64,000 nucleotides of DNA from Octopus sinensis (GCF_006345805.1 NC_043007.1:74090001-74154000), one strand, 5' to 3'; positions 1 through 13,037 are shown, numbered from the stretch's first letter. Numbers and translations are program-made. Notes: a model not told the origin generated them from the letters alone.

Positions 1-130
1 ATATATACATATATTATATATATATATATCTATATATATGTCTATATATATATATGTATATTATATATGTATATATATTATATATGTATATATATTATAT
101 GTATAATATATATAATATGTATAAGATATA

Positions 131-174
<44 letters not shown>

Positions 175-184
175 GTATATATAA

Positions 185-222
<38 letters not shown>

Positions 223-241
223 ATATGTATAATATAATATG

Positions 242-275
<34 letters not shown>

Positions 276-451
276 TATATATATGTATATATATGTATAT
301 TATATATATATGTATATATTATATGTATATAGATGTATATAGTATATATATAATATATGTATATTATATATGTAATATATATATATTATATATATATATA
401 TGTATATTATATATATATATGTTATATATATATATATATGTAATATATATA

Positions 452-506
<55 letters not shown>

Positions 507-572
507 AGTATATATAATATATAATATATGTGTGTGTGGGTGTGTGTGGTGTGTGTGGTGGGTGTTTGTGTG
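1..572. repeat. Degenerate (TA)n tract grading into (TG)n
   Basis: Directly visible; the ORFs here are Y/I low-complexity artefacts. Confidence 0.95.
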
Positions 573-1569
573 GTAGACCCTATTGAATAAATATTTTTAC
601 AAATTTTCAAATAGAATAATGTTTATAACATAAAAACAGATAGAGCTGTGTATTAAAAGAAAAATTAAAACTTAAAAGTGTTACATTTAAGGTTGTTGGT
701 TGTGCAACTCCTCTTTTTAAATAAAATTGTGAACGTACATAAAAGGGGAAGGTAGAATAATTCATTGACTGTTTCAGATAAAGAAATAAGGCATTTGTTT
801 ATTTTTTTTAGCATCGTGTCTACTTTAAAGATATTACTTTGAAAAATTGTCTGACTGTAAAAGCTTTCGATTGAATCATTATAGTTGAAAACTCATTTAT
901 GACTGTAACCGAACAAAATGCTGCAGTGAATATTATTATAAGGGGGAAAAAAATCAATGTAATCGTTAACTAGTATTAGATGTGAAGATTTATACAGCAT
1001 ACAGAAGCAGTATTATCATTTCTTGAAATAAATCTATAACCATCAAGCTATTTCCAGTTGTCTCAGCGTGCATTGTATGTAGCTGTACTAATAAATAATG
1101 ATTTCTTATTTATTTCATTATGAATAATGATTTGAAACCTTGGTCTAGGTCACATATTTCTGAAAGAGGGTACATCCAATTGAATTGACCCCCACCACCA
1201 TCACTGCTGATTAACGACTATTTATTTACTGGTTCCAAGATATGAAAAACTCAGATAGCCTTATTAATAATGCTGTCCAGTTATTCTCTCTAGTTTTGAC
1301 ACAAGGCCAGCAATCTTGAGGGGGGATTCTTAAGTTAATTACATCGACTTGTACTTTATTTTATCGACCGAGAAAGGACGAGAAGGCAAAGCTGACCTCG
1401 ACGGAATTTGAACTTAGAGCCTAATAAGCCATAAAAGAAAAAACAACCGCTAGGCATTTTGCCGGACGCGCTAACGATTCTGCCATCTAATAATAGACAC
1501 AGGCCCGCCACTTCAGTACTAGAGGTACTTTATTTCATGATTGGTAACTATAACCTTATCGGATTTTAA

Positions 1570-1800
1570 GGCGGCGAGCTGGCAGACACGTTAGCGCGCC
1601 GGGCGAAGTGCTTAGCCGTATTTCATCCGCCGTTACGTTCTGAGTTCAAATTCCGCCGAGGTCGACTTTGCCTTTCATCCTTTCGGGGTCGATAAATTAA
1701 GTACCAGTTACGCACTGGGGTCGATGTAATCGACTTAATCCGTTAGTCTGTCCTTGTTTGTCCCTTCTGTGTTTAGCCCCTTGTGGGTAGTAAAGAAATA
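1570..1800 (+). mobile_element. SINE family A (tRNA-like head, MetaSINE-like core), full copy
   Basis: Head ggcggcgagctggcaga; B-box gagttcaaattcc; core gcctttcatcctttcggggtcgataaattaagtacc; tail gtgggtagtaaagaaata; about 20 related copies in the window. Confidence 0.9.
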
Positions 1801-2019
1801 AAAAATAGACACAAGACCGCCACTTCAGTACTAGAGGTACTTTATTTCATGATTGGTAACTCTAACCTTATCGGATTTTGATCCTAGGTTGTAAAGAAAT
1901 GTGACTAAAGAATACACGGCATTTTGTTCTACCTTCTACAGTTCGGTCGGTAAAAACTCGCTTTCAACAGCGATTCAAATTTGGAAAATTTTAATTTATT
2001 AGTAATAAATCTTAATTAA

Positions 2020-2390
2020 TTAAATTTCGGAGTTATACTCCTACCCTTTTACCAGAATCATTCATTTAAGTAATGTATTTTCATTACTAAGTGTCTAAGT
2101 TAAACTAATTAAAATTTCACCTACTACATCAAGTATGCTGGTGTCTACTTTGCGATTCAGTTTTCATGCAGTAACCGTCCCTGAGTATTTTCCTTATAAG
2201 TCTTTACTCCACTCATTTTTCATTTTCAGTCTGCAGTGACGGTTAGACTATACTTCGCTGATGAGCTCTAGTAACACCAAAACATGTCCACATTGTCACT
2301 ATACTGCTAATGATCACGCTCATTCCTCACTGCAGTCCATATTTAATTAATTTTAATAAATCAAAATATCGGGTTCGCTCCTATACTTTT
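2020..2390 (+). mobile_element. Degraded Penelope-like terminal repeat with decayed hammerhead core
   Basis: ttcgCTGATGAg...caaaacatgtc at about 2255-2290; homologous segment on the minus strand at about 11560-12230. Confidence 0.4.
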
Positions 2391-3938
2391 ATTTATTTAT
2401 GTATTTATTTATTTATTTATTTGTTTGTTTATTTTAAACAGAGAATTAATCATTCAGACAATGTTTGTTCTCATAACTAAGGGTATGATATTGATTAATT
2501 ACACTTTGGGCAAATATCGATTAATTATACTTTCTTGGTTAACTACATCATGTATACCAGCACCCATTTTACTACTACGTAGCGCAGAATGTGGTGCATA
2601 GCATTATATAAACATGTCTTTACTGGAGTCCTTCTTTACAACGCTGCTACGTAATGTGGAGTGTGAGGCCTACTGTTATAGATAAATACGTCTACGGTCG
2701 AGACTTTATTTACAAGTAGTCTTCTTTGTGTCGTCATCACTACACACATAATATAGATTTGTTTCTTTAATCACTTCAAAAGCTATAAAAGCTGGTCACG
2801 TGTCACCAAATATCTTTTGATAGCAATCTTTTAAACTGTTAATTAAAGAGTTTTCTTTCTCTTTTTTTTCTTTTTTTTTTTTGGCAATTATTTGCCAAAA
2901 TCAGAATCAAGATACGTTCTAATCCTATCAACGACTGGTTCGTTGCTTCTAACTGTATCATATAAAACGGCAACTATTATAATTTCACTTGTGGGTTATT
3001 GCAATTGTGGAATAAAAAGGAAATCATGTAAATATGAATTGTCATATTGCTGTTATATTGAACAAAAAGAAAATCTATTTGGGCAAGAATCCAATGAAAG
3101 AGCTCACTAGAAACATACCTATCTACTAGTGGTCAGTTTAAAAGGAAATGTTGGAAGCGTGCCCGTGATTTTACGTCTCATCACCAACTATACTTATTGA
3201 ATCTGTTTCCCCCCGTTGACGTTATAAATATAAACGAGTATTTAAACAGAAGAGTATTATGAATAGTATTTTTTTTTCTGATATGAATGGTATTATGAAT
3301 AGCTTTCCTAATATGTAAATCTATAGAAAGTAATCAAAAAGAAGAGGGTTTTTTTTTCCTTCTTTCAATTACGTAACTAAATCCAAATAACCATGCAGAC
3401 TATCAAATGAAGAACAAAACAAACTGTACAAAATTTTTATTCATATTTTGAATCAATGTTTAAACTAGCAATAAAATAATCAAGGAAAATCGGGTGCATT
3501 GTTATATATACCGACAAGTGAAAATACTTTGAGCAATAGTTTTATGTCTCCCTGAATACACAGAAGAATTGATTAATGCCAACAATAATAATTCGTATAT
3601 AGATTTGAAGCTACAGGTCTTATATGTTTATGCAAGAAATCGTTACATTTCTGAAGACGATGGATCTTCACTGTTTATTTGACTGGTTAATTCTATAAAA
3701 GAAGATATTTGTAGCCTTGCTCTAAAATGATTTTGAATAATAATCGCGAGAGAGAATATACAAGGCCAATAACAACTTTAATAATGCCTTCGCCTTCTTA
3801 TTCGATAGTTGAAGGGAATCAATACGCTGCAGTTCAGTTAAATAACAGATCCGCCATTTTAAGTAAGTACTGCTGCAACTATTACTGTTTAGAAATAACA
3901 AACAAATGTCAAATGACCTGCTAATACTTGTTAACGGT

Positions 3939-4260
3939 GAAAGCGCGTGGCTTAGTGGTTAGGGCATTCAGCTCACGATTGTAAGGTCGTGAGTTCGATT
4001 GCAAGCGACGCGTTGTGTCCTTGAGCAAGACACTTTATTTCATGTTGCTCCAGTCCACTCAGCTGGCAAAAATGAGTTGTACCTGTATTTCAAAGGGCCG
4101 GCCTTGTCACACTGTGTGTCACGCTGAATCTCCCTGAGAACTACGTTAAGGGTACACGTGTCTGTGGATTGCTCAGCCACTTGCATATTAATTTCACGAG
4201 CAGGCTGTTCCGTTGATCGTATCAGCTGGGACCTTCGTCGTCGTAACCGACGAAGTGCTC
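3939..4260 (+). mobile_element. SINE family B variant (head H2 + CORE-like + tail T1)
   Basis: tRNA-like A/B boxes; ccttgagcaagacactt; same tail as the copy at 6747; TSD cttgttaacg at 3927-3936 and 4261-4270. Confidence 0.85.
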
Positions 4261-4431
4261 CTTGTTAACGAGGAGAAGAATGTCTTGTATCTAACCAGAA
4301 GCATTACTCCGTGCTGGCCGACTTAGAGAAAGTATTTAATGCAGACAAATAAGACGCTGAACAGATTGTCTTTAAGAAAAAACAAACAAAAAAACTCGTG
4401 AACTCCTGAAAGTTATTAAGTTACATTAATC

Positions 4432-5003
4432 TTTTCTACTCTAGGCACAAGGCCTGAAATTTTGGGGAGCGGGGTAGTCGATTAGATCGACCCCAGTAGG
4501 CAACTGGTACTTAATTTATCGACCTTCAAAGGATGAAAGGCAAAGTCGACCTCGGCGGGATTTGAACTCAGAACGTAGCGACCGGCGAAATACCTATTTC
4601 TTTACTACCCACAAGGGTCTAAATACAGAGAGGACAAACAAGGACAGACAAACGGATTAAGTCGATTATATCGACTCCAGTGCATAACTGGTACTTATTT
4701 AATCAACCCAGAAAGGATGAAAGGTAAAATCAACCTCGGCGGAATTTGAACTCAGAACGTAACGGCAGACGAAATACCTATTTCTTTATTACCCACAGGG
4801 GGCTAAACACAGAGGGGACAGACAAGGACAGACATAGGTATTAAGTCGATTACATCGACCCCAGTGCGTAACTGGTACTTAATTTATCGGCCCCGAAAGG
4901 ATGAAAGGCAAAGTCGACCTCGGCGGAATTTGAACTCACAACGTAACGCAGACGAAATACCGCTAAGCATTTCGCCCGGCGTGCTAACGATTCTGCCAGC
5001 TCG
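4432..5003 (-). mobile_element. SINE family A tandem trimer
   Basis: One head followed by three cores at 183-184 bp period; junctions gaaatacctatttc at about 4587 and 4771. Confidence 0.9.
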
Positions 5004-5232
5004 ACGACTGTTTTATGATGAGATGAGAGAAGTATTGACAGTTCAGAGAAAGTAATTCCTTTCTGAGCTAACAGCCACACACACAAAAAGAAAACTTTTG
5101 AGCGTCATCAAGACGTTTACGATAAATGGATGATTATTACCACGTCTCAGTTTATTTCTTTCATATTTCTTATTTAAGAGCCGTTTTCCAATGCTAGCAT
5201 ACATATTTAGGGCTCGTGTATTGCTGTGGGAA

Positions 5233-5463
5233 GGCGGCGAGCTGGCAGAAACGTTAGCACGCCGGGCGAAATGCGTAACCGTATTTCGTCTGCCGCTACG
5301 TTCTGAGTTCAGATTCTGCCGAGGTCGACTTTTCCTTTCATCCTTTCGGGGTCGATAAATTAAGTACCAGTTACGCACTGGGGTCCATGTAATCGACTTA
5401 ATCCGTTTCTCTGTCCTTGTTCGTCCCCTCTGTGTTTAGCCCCTTGTGGGTAGTAAAGAAATA
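5233..5463 (+). mobile_element. SINE family A, full copy
   Basis: TSD gtattgctgtggga at 5218-5231 and 5465-5478. Confidence 0.9.
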
Positions 5464-6746
5464 GGTATTGCTGTGGGATTGAGTCAGAAGGCTGCTTCAC
5501 AACTATGTCGTTTTGAGTTCCATCCCGCTACGCGTATCCTTGGGAAAAAAATATCTTCTACCATAGCCTCGGTTCGGCCAACGTTTCGTAAAAGAAATTC
5601 AATAGACATTAACTGCATGGAAGCCCGTAGGAGGGATCGATCATGTTCGATCGATGGTTCACGTATTCCAATACTCGGTGTAATACAACCACTTGGTCCT
5701 TGGGAAACTTTAGCACAGTTCACTGCGTTGCAAGCTTTCAGCTCATGTCACTAATCTGAGGATAAAATCTTCCCTTTCCAGGCCCCATAAATCTTGTAGC
5801 CCCTGGAAAATGTCATAGATTTTTGTCAGTCATCTTTTGACTATGCAATCTAAAAAAAGGCAAATACTATTCCGACTGACAATTTCCGTAACCCACTAGC
5901 ATCAATCGAGATTGTAGACTTCAACCTTATTTTCTTTCTTTCTTTTTTTCTTTCTTTCTTTCTTTCTGTCCTTTTCTTTTCTCTTGGTGATGTTTAGTTG
6001 CATATAATCAGACAATATGGATCTATATTTGACATGTGATATCTGCTGTTAACGCCCAAACACTCATTATGGAGGCTTTGTTTTTCTAATCATTTTGTCC
6101 TTATAATCACCAGAAAAACCACTTATACCCAACTAGCCATTAACTCATCATCACTCTCGAAATTATTCCGTCTGAGAACCAGTTTTAGCTAAACAGAAGT
6201 CTTTCTACCTCCTGTACCGAATTATGCTTCGTCAGAATCAGACACAACAGCAGTAGCATTTCTTGCAAAACGTGTCAGAAACAGAAGACGAAAAGTTTGC
6301 CGTGTAGTTTACAATGGAGTTTTACACCTCAGATATGTACGTCTCTCCAGCAAAGTGAAAGCATTTTGATTTCATACCAGTCTTGTGCAGCTGTAAAACC
6401 AGAAGATTCTGTTACTAATACACGAAGCATACAAGACAATTCTGTTGATCTGGCCATTTCATTATTACGAAAAAGCCGGACGAAAAGCCTAGCGGCATTT
6501 CTTTTGGTTCTTTGTGTGCTGAGCTCAAATCCCACCGAGATCAACTTTGTTTCTCATCCTTTCGGAGTCGATAAAAAAAAAGTATCAGCCAAGTACTAGG
6601 GTCGGTGTTATCGATACACCCACTCCCCTGATAGTTGCTGGTCTGGTGCCAAAATTAAAGAATTGTTACGAAAAAAGGAACAGGACTGCTCTACATAGTT
6701 GTTGAATGGAGTTCCTGTTTATGGGAACCGTAACCAGGCGCACCAT

Positions 6747-7129
6747 GGAGGCGCAATGACCCAGTGGTTAGGGCAGCGGACTCGCGGTCGTAGGATCGCA
6801 GTTTCGATTCCCAGACCGGGCGTTGTGAGTGTTTATTGAGCGAAAACACCTAAAGCTCCACGAGGCTCCGGCAGGGATGGTGGTGATCCCTGCTGTACTC
6901 TTTCACCACAACTTTCTCTCACTCTTACTTCCTGTTTCTGTTGTACCTGTATTTCAAAGGGCCGGCCTTGTCACTCTCTGTGTCACGCTGAATATCCCCG
7001 AGAGCTACGTTAAGGGTACACGTGTCTGTGGAGTGCTCAGCCACTTACACGTTAATTTCACGAGCAGGCTGTTCCGTTGATCGGATCAACCGGAACCTTC
7101 GTCGTCGTAACCGACGGAGTGCTTCCACA
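6747..7129 (+). mobile_element. SINE family B (head H1 + tail T1), young full copy
   Basis: Near-identical to 13711 and 52223; TSD aaccaggcgcacca at 6732-6745 and 7130-7143. Confidence 0.92.
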
Positions 7130-7232
7130 AACCAGGCGCACCAAGAGAACACATTCAATGATAAGTACAAGGCCAACTTTAGAGACAAATCAGCCCTAAT
7201 TTAGCAGAGGCATATATTCAAAGATGATCCAG

Positions 7233-7453
7233 TTACTCTTTACTCTTTTACTTGTTTCAGTCATTTGACTGCGGCCATGCTGGAGCACCGCCTTTAATCG
7301 AGCAACTCGACCCCGGGACTTATTCTTTTGTAAGCACAGTACTTATTCTATCGGTCTCCTTTGCCGAACCGCTAAGTAACGGGGACATAAACACACCAGC
7401 ATCGATTGTCAAGCAATGTTAGGGGGACAAACACAGACACACAAACATGCACA

Positions 7454-7535
<82 letters not shown>

Positions 7536-7672
7536 CGGGCTTCTTTCAGTTTCCGTCTACCAAATCCACTCACAAGGCTTTGGTCGGCCTGAGGCTATAG
7601 TAGAAGACACTTGCCCAAGGTACCACGCAGTGGGACTGAACCCGGAACCATGTGGTTGGTGAACAAGCTACT
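7233..7672 (-). mobile_element. SINE family C (CORE-type, internal microsatellite)
   Basis: ccttgggcaagtgtcttct CORE-like motif on the minus strand; internal (TA)n; (gtaaaaga)n tail. Confidence 0.88.
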
Positions 7673-7979
7673 TTTTGTTTCCCAGGATTTCCAATGTATT
7701 CTTTCTATTACGATAGAAGGGTATAATTTAAAGATTTCCTTGTTATATTTAACAGGCTTCCCCGGGGTCTCATTTGAGGAAGGCTGTAGAAATTGCTTTG
7801 AAGCTCAAACGAAGATATGTAACGAGACCAAAACCTTTGCAAACCCAGTCTTGGAGACACTTTAGGATCCCTTGGCACTAATTGTTTTATTTATTAAACA
7901 TCGCCCCAGAGATTATGAATTCATGCCAGCATCTACAGAAGTGCTACAATAACTATAAAGATACCTATATATGTCTGTC

Positions 7980-8038
7980 AGTATGTATATTTGTATGTAT
8001 GTATGTTGTATGTATGTATGTATGTATGTATGTATGTA

Positions 8039-8071
<33 letters not shown>

Positions 8072-8396
8072 CTGTGTGTGTGGAGGCGCAATGGCCCAGT
8101 GGTTAAGGCAGCGGACGGGCCCATGAGCCTGACTAGGCTTGATAAGAGCGAGAAGAGATGTATGTATGTATTCATGTATGCATATATGTATGTATACATA
8201 TATGTGTGTAGGTATATGTGTGTGTATGTATGTATGTATGTATGTATGTACGTATGTATGTATGTATGTATGTATGTATGTATGTGTTACGTAGTATGTG
8301 TATGTATATGTGCGTATATATGTATGTATGTACGTATGTTTGTATGTATGTATGTATGTATGTATGTGTGTTTGTGTATTTGTGTGTGTGTGTGTG

Positions 8397-8434
<38 letters not shown>
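7980..8434. repeat. (TATG)n/(TG)n tract containing an internally deleted family B SINE at 8082-8155
   Basis: H1 head start joined directly to the T2 tail end (gggcccatgagcctgactaggctt). Confidence 0.85.
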
Positions 8435-8436
<2 letters not shown>

Positions 8437-8628
8437 TTTTTCTTTGAGTTTTATTTAATTCTTGAGAGAGTTCAAACCAGTTGCTAAGAAAGTGACAAGA
8501 CTTTTTTAATTAAGAGAGTTCCAGTTGTTTGTAAATATGTGGTTGAATTGGTCTGTTGGTAGAACTGCCGATGCATGCACCCAAGTGTGTGCATCTCTTC
8601 ACATAGGAATCTCAAATGCAGAATTTTA

Positions 8629-9040
8629 GGAATGTCTCACAGATTTTCATTGTGCCACTAATAGATTGGATTTAGAGAATCGGCGTGAGTTTCTTTTGCT
8701 CCATCTCCTCGAAATCGAGTATTTCTAGATTTTTGTACAAATCCGTTGGTAACATAACTTGATACACCTATAATGATAGGTGCAAATGAGAATTCGTAGT
8801 CAGAGTCGAAGAGCTGTAAGTTTCGCATGATAGAATTTTTGGAATGTCTCACAGATTTTCATTGTGCCACTAATAGATTGGATTTAGAGAATCGGCGTGA
8901 GTTTCTTTTGCTCCATCTCCTCGAAATCGAGTATTTCTAGATTTTTGTACAAATCCGTTGGTAACATAACTTGATACACCTATAATGATAGGTGCAAATG
9001 AGAATTCGTAGTCAGAGTCGAAGAGCTGTAAGTTTCGCAT
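8629..9040. repeat. Tandem duplication, 200-bp unit at 212-bp period
   Basis: 8629-8828 matches 8841-9040 with no mismatch seen. Confidence 0.92.
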
Positions 9041-9734
9041 CAATTAGTCAAAAATGTTCTGTCTGTCTGTCTATCTATCTATTTGCCTGCATGTACGTAT
9101 GTATGTGCGTGTATATGTATGTGTGTGTGTGTATGTGTGTGTGCGTGTGTGTATATATATGCATATTAGTCTGTGTGTGAGTGTGTGTTAGCGTGTGTGT
9201 ATGTTAGCGTGTGTGTTTGCGCGTGAGTGCGTTCAACTAATTTGATATGCAATAAATGAGATCTTTCCTAACCAGCTCTTGAGAGTGTGAGAGCCTTGCC
9301 ATATATCTATATTGATAAAACTGTCATGAAATATATTAGGATTAAGACATACGTGTGAGTTACTGCATTGCCGATGCAGTACATAAGATATCTAATATAA
9401 TATAGCACGTATTTTAACTGTAGTAGTGTCTGTGTAATACAATTCGCAGTTCACTTAAAATTTATTATCTTTCCATAACTATTGGTTGTTAGTAGAGACA
9501 TAACTAGCGTAAATTCACAACACTTGAGAGAGAGCTTCTACGTGATTGCTTGAATAACTTGAATAGTAGCCAAATACCACCTCAAATCATATCCTATCGT
9601 GTTAAGGCGAACAGCTCTTTGGCTAATGTGGCCCCTGGAAATCCTTGAAAATATGGGATAGCCATGGTCAGATTTCTTTTGATTAACAAACCAGTCCGAT
9701 CAGAGCTAACCTAAGGCTAGACAACAGCAATATC

Positions 9735-9841
9735 TACAACAACAACAACAACAACAACAACAGCAGCAGCAGCAGCAGCAATACCAGCAGTAGCAACAGC
9801 AGCAACAGCAACAACAACAACAACAGCAGCAATAGTAGCAA
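9735..9841. repeat. (CAA)n/(CAG)n microsatellite
   Basis: Directly visible; not within a listed ORF. Confidence 0.9.
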
Positions 9842-11709
9842 GAACGACTTATTTTACGATTTTAAAGGTCTTCGATATACGAACCGTACGGACTCTCTCC
9901 CTATATAAAAGTATATAAAGTTACTAATAAACTAAGATGTTTAGAGTCATTTGGAAAAACTACTGTAGGGGTATGATAAAATTATTATAAATACTATAGC
10001 AATTTGTGTCAAGGCTAAATAGTTTCAAGCAACTATTTACCTATAAATACAACGGATGGCGATAAATACATAATTTCTCGACTAAAATCAGCTCAAATTA
10101 CAGAAAATCAATAATAGAATGAGACTAACCTAACATAAAGATGTGTTTTTATTTAACTTTACTACTTATTTGGCATTCTTCCACCAGCAATATATGAATG
10201 AACGGAAAGTATCTTGTAGCTTCGACATTATTAACCTAAATATTAGGAAGTATAAGCAAAAGACAAATGTGCTTCACTGCAGGCCGACACAGCGGACTCC
10301 AAGACATTGCAAGTTGATGTGAAGCATAGAATGACATATAATAGACTTTGGCATTAGAGGAAAGTGATAGCAACTTATTTGTCGCAGTTATAAACAAGAG
10401 CATTAGCTCTTGTTAGATTCATTGGTCCGGGGATGCTTCTGGCTGAAGGGACACATCTATATCGAAACAGTAGCTGTCCTAGAATCCCTTGTGCTAATGA
10501 ATCGAGTGTGCTATGAACACATATTCGTCGTAATGGAGAAATTACCCTCCAGTAACGAAATGTAGTAAGAATAAATAAGCTTGTCGTTGTTTTGACACTT
10601 GGTACTTACTACCATGCATGTGACATGTTATAAAAGAAAATAATTTGGTGACAAAACTGCCAAGTAAATGTTTACTTCGTAATGAAACAAACTAAACTGT
10701 TACTCATTTATTTGCCTGATCAATATCTTATTATTATCCATAATCAATCTTGATTAAACCAGATTCCGAGCAGGTTTTTCTGAAGCTTCAGAACAGCGAG
10801 TGATTTTTTTTTCCGGTCAATTTTATATTCTGATATTGCCCCCGTGTCCGTTCTTCTTGATATATCCTTTCTCAGTACAATTAGCCTCGAAAAAAAAAAA
10901 AGCAGATGAACCAGTATTAGTTTCAGACGAATAAACTTCATAAACCCCAAATTGTAATATTTAACTGTTAAGTCATGTGACCGTTCATTTTGACCATGGA
11001 ATAAATAAGGCTGCAAAATATATTGATCCCTCATAAAGATAGGTCCAAAAACGACCTGATGAGAGTAAATGATAATTAATAAATGCCAACCTCAAGAAAA
11101 AAAAAAGAAAGAAAAACGTATTCGGCAGGCCTAAATTGATTATAGACCTATCAAACCTAGTCTGGTCCTTACTGTCTGCCCAATGTATCTCATTAAGTGA
11201 AGGTTTACTGAATAATTCTACCTTAAGTCAAGTTTGTGCTAACTTAATAACGCAGTCCATAACATTACTCTTTTTATCTAACTCTATCTCCAATATTTTT
11301 AATCATTCATTTAATATTTATTCGTTATCCTCTTACTCGCTTCTTTTCTTTCCAGTTCAATCTCTCTTTGACACGCACAACTGTAAATGATTGCAGCCAT
11401 AAGAGCGAAAATAGAGAAAATACACACATTACAAATTGGTTGCTAAGACGCTTAATGCAGTCACTCAATAAATTTTAATTAACTAATTTATATCCTTCAG
11501 TGTAATCGTAACGAATAATTCCGGTCAAAATATACGAGATGACCCCCACCTAAAAATTGAAATAAATTAGAATTAATTGAAAATGGAGTTCAGTGGGTGG
11601 GATTGGGCCTGGTTTCTAGCATCACAGCAACAAGTCCGGCTATGTTTCTATCTTATTAGACATCATCAGCGAAGCCAATTCTAACCGTTGCTGCTAGATC
11701 TCAGTTTGA

Positions 11710-11974
11710 AAAAATAAATAAATAAATGCTCCCTTTTAAAGCCTAGGCAAGCTCATGGGCCCGGTTTCCCGGTTTCAATGGTGTATGTGTTCCCCAGCTG
11801 GATGGGGCGCCAGTCCATCGCAGCATTACTCATTTTTGCCAGCTGAGTGGACTGGAGCAACGTGAAATGAAGCGTTTTGCTTAAGAACACAACGCGTCGC
11901 CCGGTCCAGGAATCAAAACCACAATCTTACGATCCTGATGCTGACACCCTAACCACTAAGCCACGTGCCTCCAC
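11710..11974 (-). mobile_element. SINE family B variant (head H2 + CORE-like + tail T2)
   Basis: TSD agatctcagtttga at 11696-11709 and 11975-11988; gcgatggactggcg motif; (ttta)n tail. Confidence 0.88.
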
Positions 11975-12364
11975 AGATCTCAGTTTGACTAAAATGAAAA
12001 TGAGATTTTAATAAATGAGCAGCGAGTGACCTGGTAACTTCGAGAAACGACAGAGTAAAATACTCTGGGTGCTAGCAGCGGCATAGTTAGAGTGTATGCT
12101 CCCCTCCGCTTCCCAAAGTGGCTTATACAACAGTCTCAAAAATGCCGCTCCTATACAAGCGTAGCGCGGGGTAGACAAAACCCCTTTGTCTACCCTAAGC
12201 TAAACTTTGGGCGCTAACTGCATGAAAAATGTATAATCAAGTGGACATAGCTTTGGCAATTCCCTGAGTTTTGGTGATTCGATCTTCACTAATGGTGATA
12301 AATTGCCAAGATTATGTACATAATGGACTGGATTTGAACTCACAGACATTTGCCTCAGTTTTCC

Positions 12365-12717
12365 AGACGGATTAAGCTGATTATATCGACCCCAGTGCCT
12401 AACTGGTATTTATTTAATCGACCCCGAAAGGATGAAAAGCAAAGTCGACCTCGGCGGAATTTGAACTCAGAACGTAGCGGCAGACGAAATACCTATTTCT
12501 TTACTACCCACAAGGGAGGGGGGACAAACAAGTACAGACAAACGGATTAAGTCGATTACATCGACCCCAGTGCGTAACTGGTACTTATTTAATCGACCCC
12601 GAAAGGATGAAAGGCAAAGTCGACCTCGGCGGAATTTGAACTCAGAACGTAACGGCAGACGAAATACCACTAAACATTTCCCCCGGCGTGCTTAACGTTT
12701 GTGCCAGCTCGCCGCCT
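12365..12717 (-). mobile_element. SINE family A tandem dimer
   Basis: Junction gaaatacctatttc at about 12486. Confidence 0.88.
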
Positions 12718-13037
12718 TTTTTGAAGCCATATATTGACAAAGACAAAGTAACATTACTTTATCACGTTATGCCTCTCACTAAAATACAACAAAAGACTTG
12801 GTGTCTCTTCTTTTTCTATTATCATTTTTGCCGTTGTCTTTATTATCATTGTTGTTGCTACTGTTTTTGATGTTGGCGGTGGTATTCTTAGTATTACTAG
12901 CGCAGTTGCTGCAGCTATTGTCGAATGTGTTGTTACAGCTGCATTTATTGATAGTGCAGTTTTTATCGTCTTGCTGAAGTTACCATTAAGGGTATTGATT
13001 TTAATAAGACAAGTGCTAACCAGCTTGCTACTCATTT

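Noticed and set aside
54-508. Y/I-rich ORFs and the similar MYVC, HTYI and RE/SL ORFs elsewhere
   Set aside because: Translations of microsatellites; open only because the repeats lack stop codons.
4432-5003. CRISPR-like regular repeats
   Set aside because: Units are contiguous SINE bodies with no unique spacers, no cas genes and a eukaryotic context.
6747-6825. tRNA gene-like sequences at SINE heads
   Set aside because: A/B boxes are present but the acceptor stem does not close, and each continues into a SINE body with TSDs.
6829-7080. Recurrent ORFs MFIERKHLKL..., MRNWYLIYRPRKDE... and MPKVPRSGTEPG...
   Set aside because: They recur because they lie in SINE copies; the frames are not preserved across copies.
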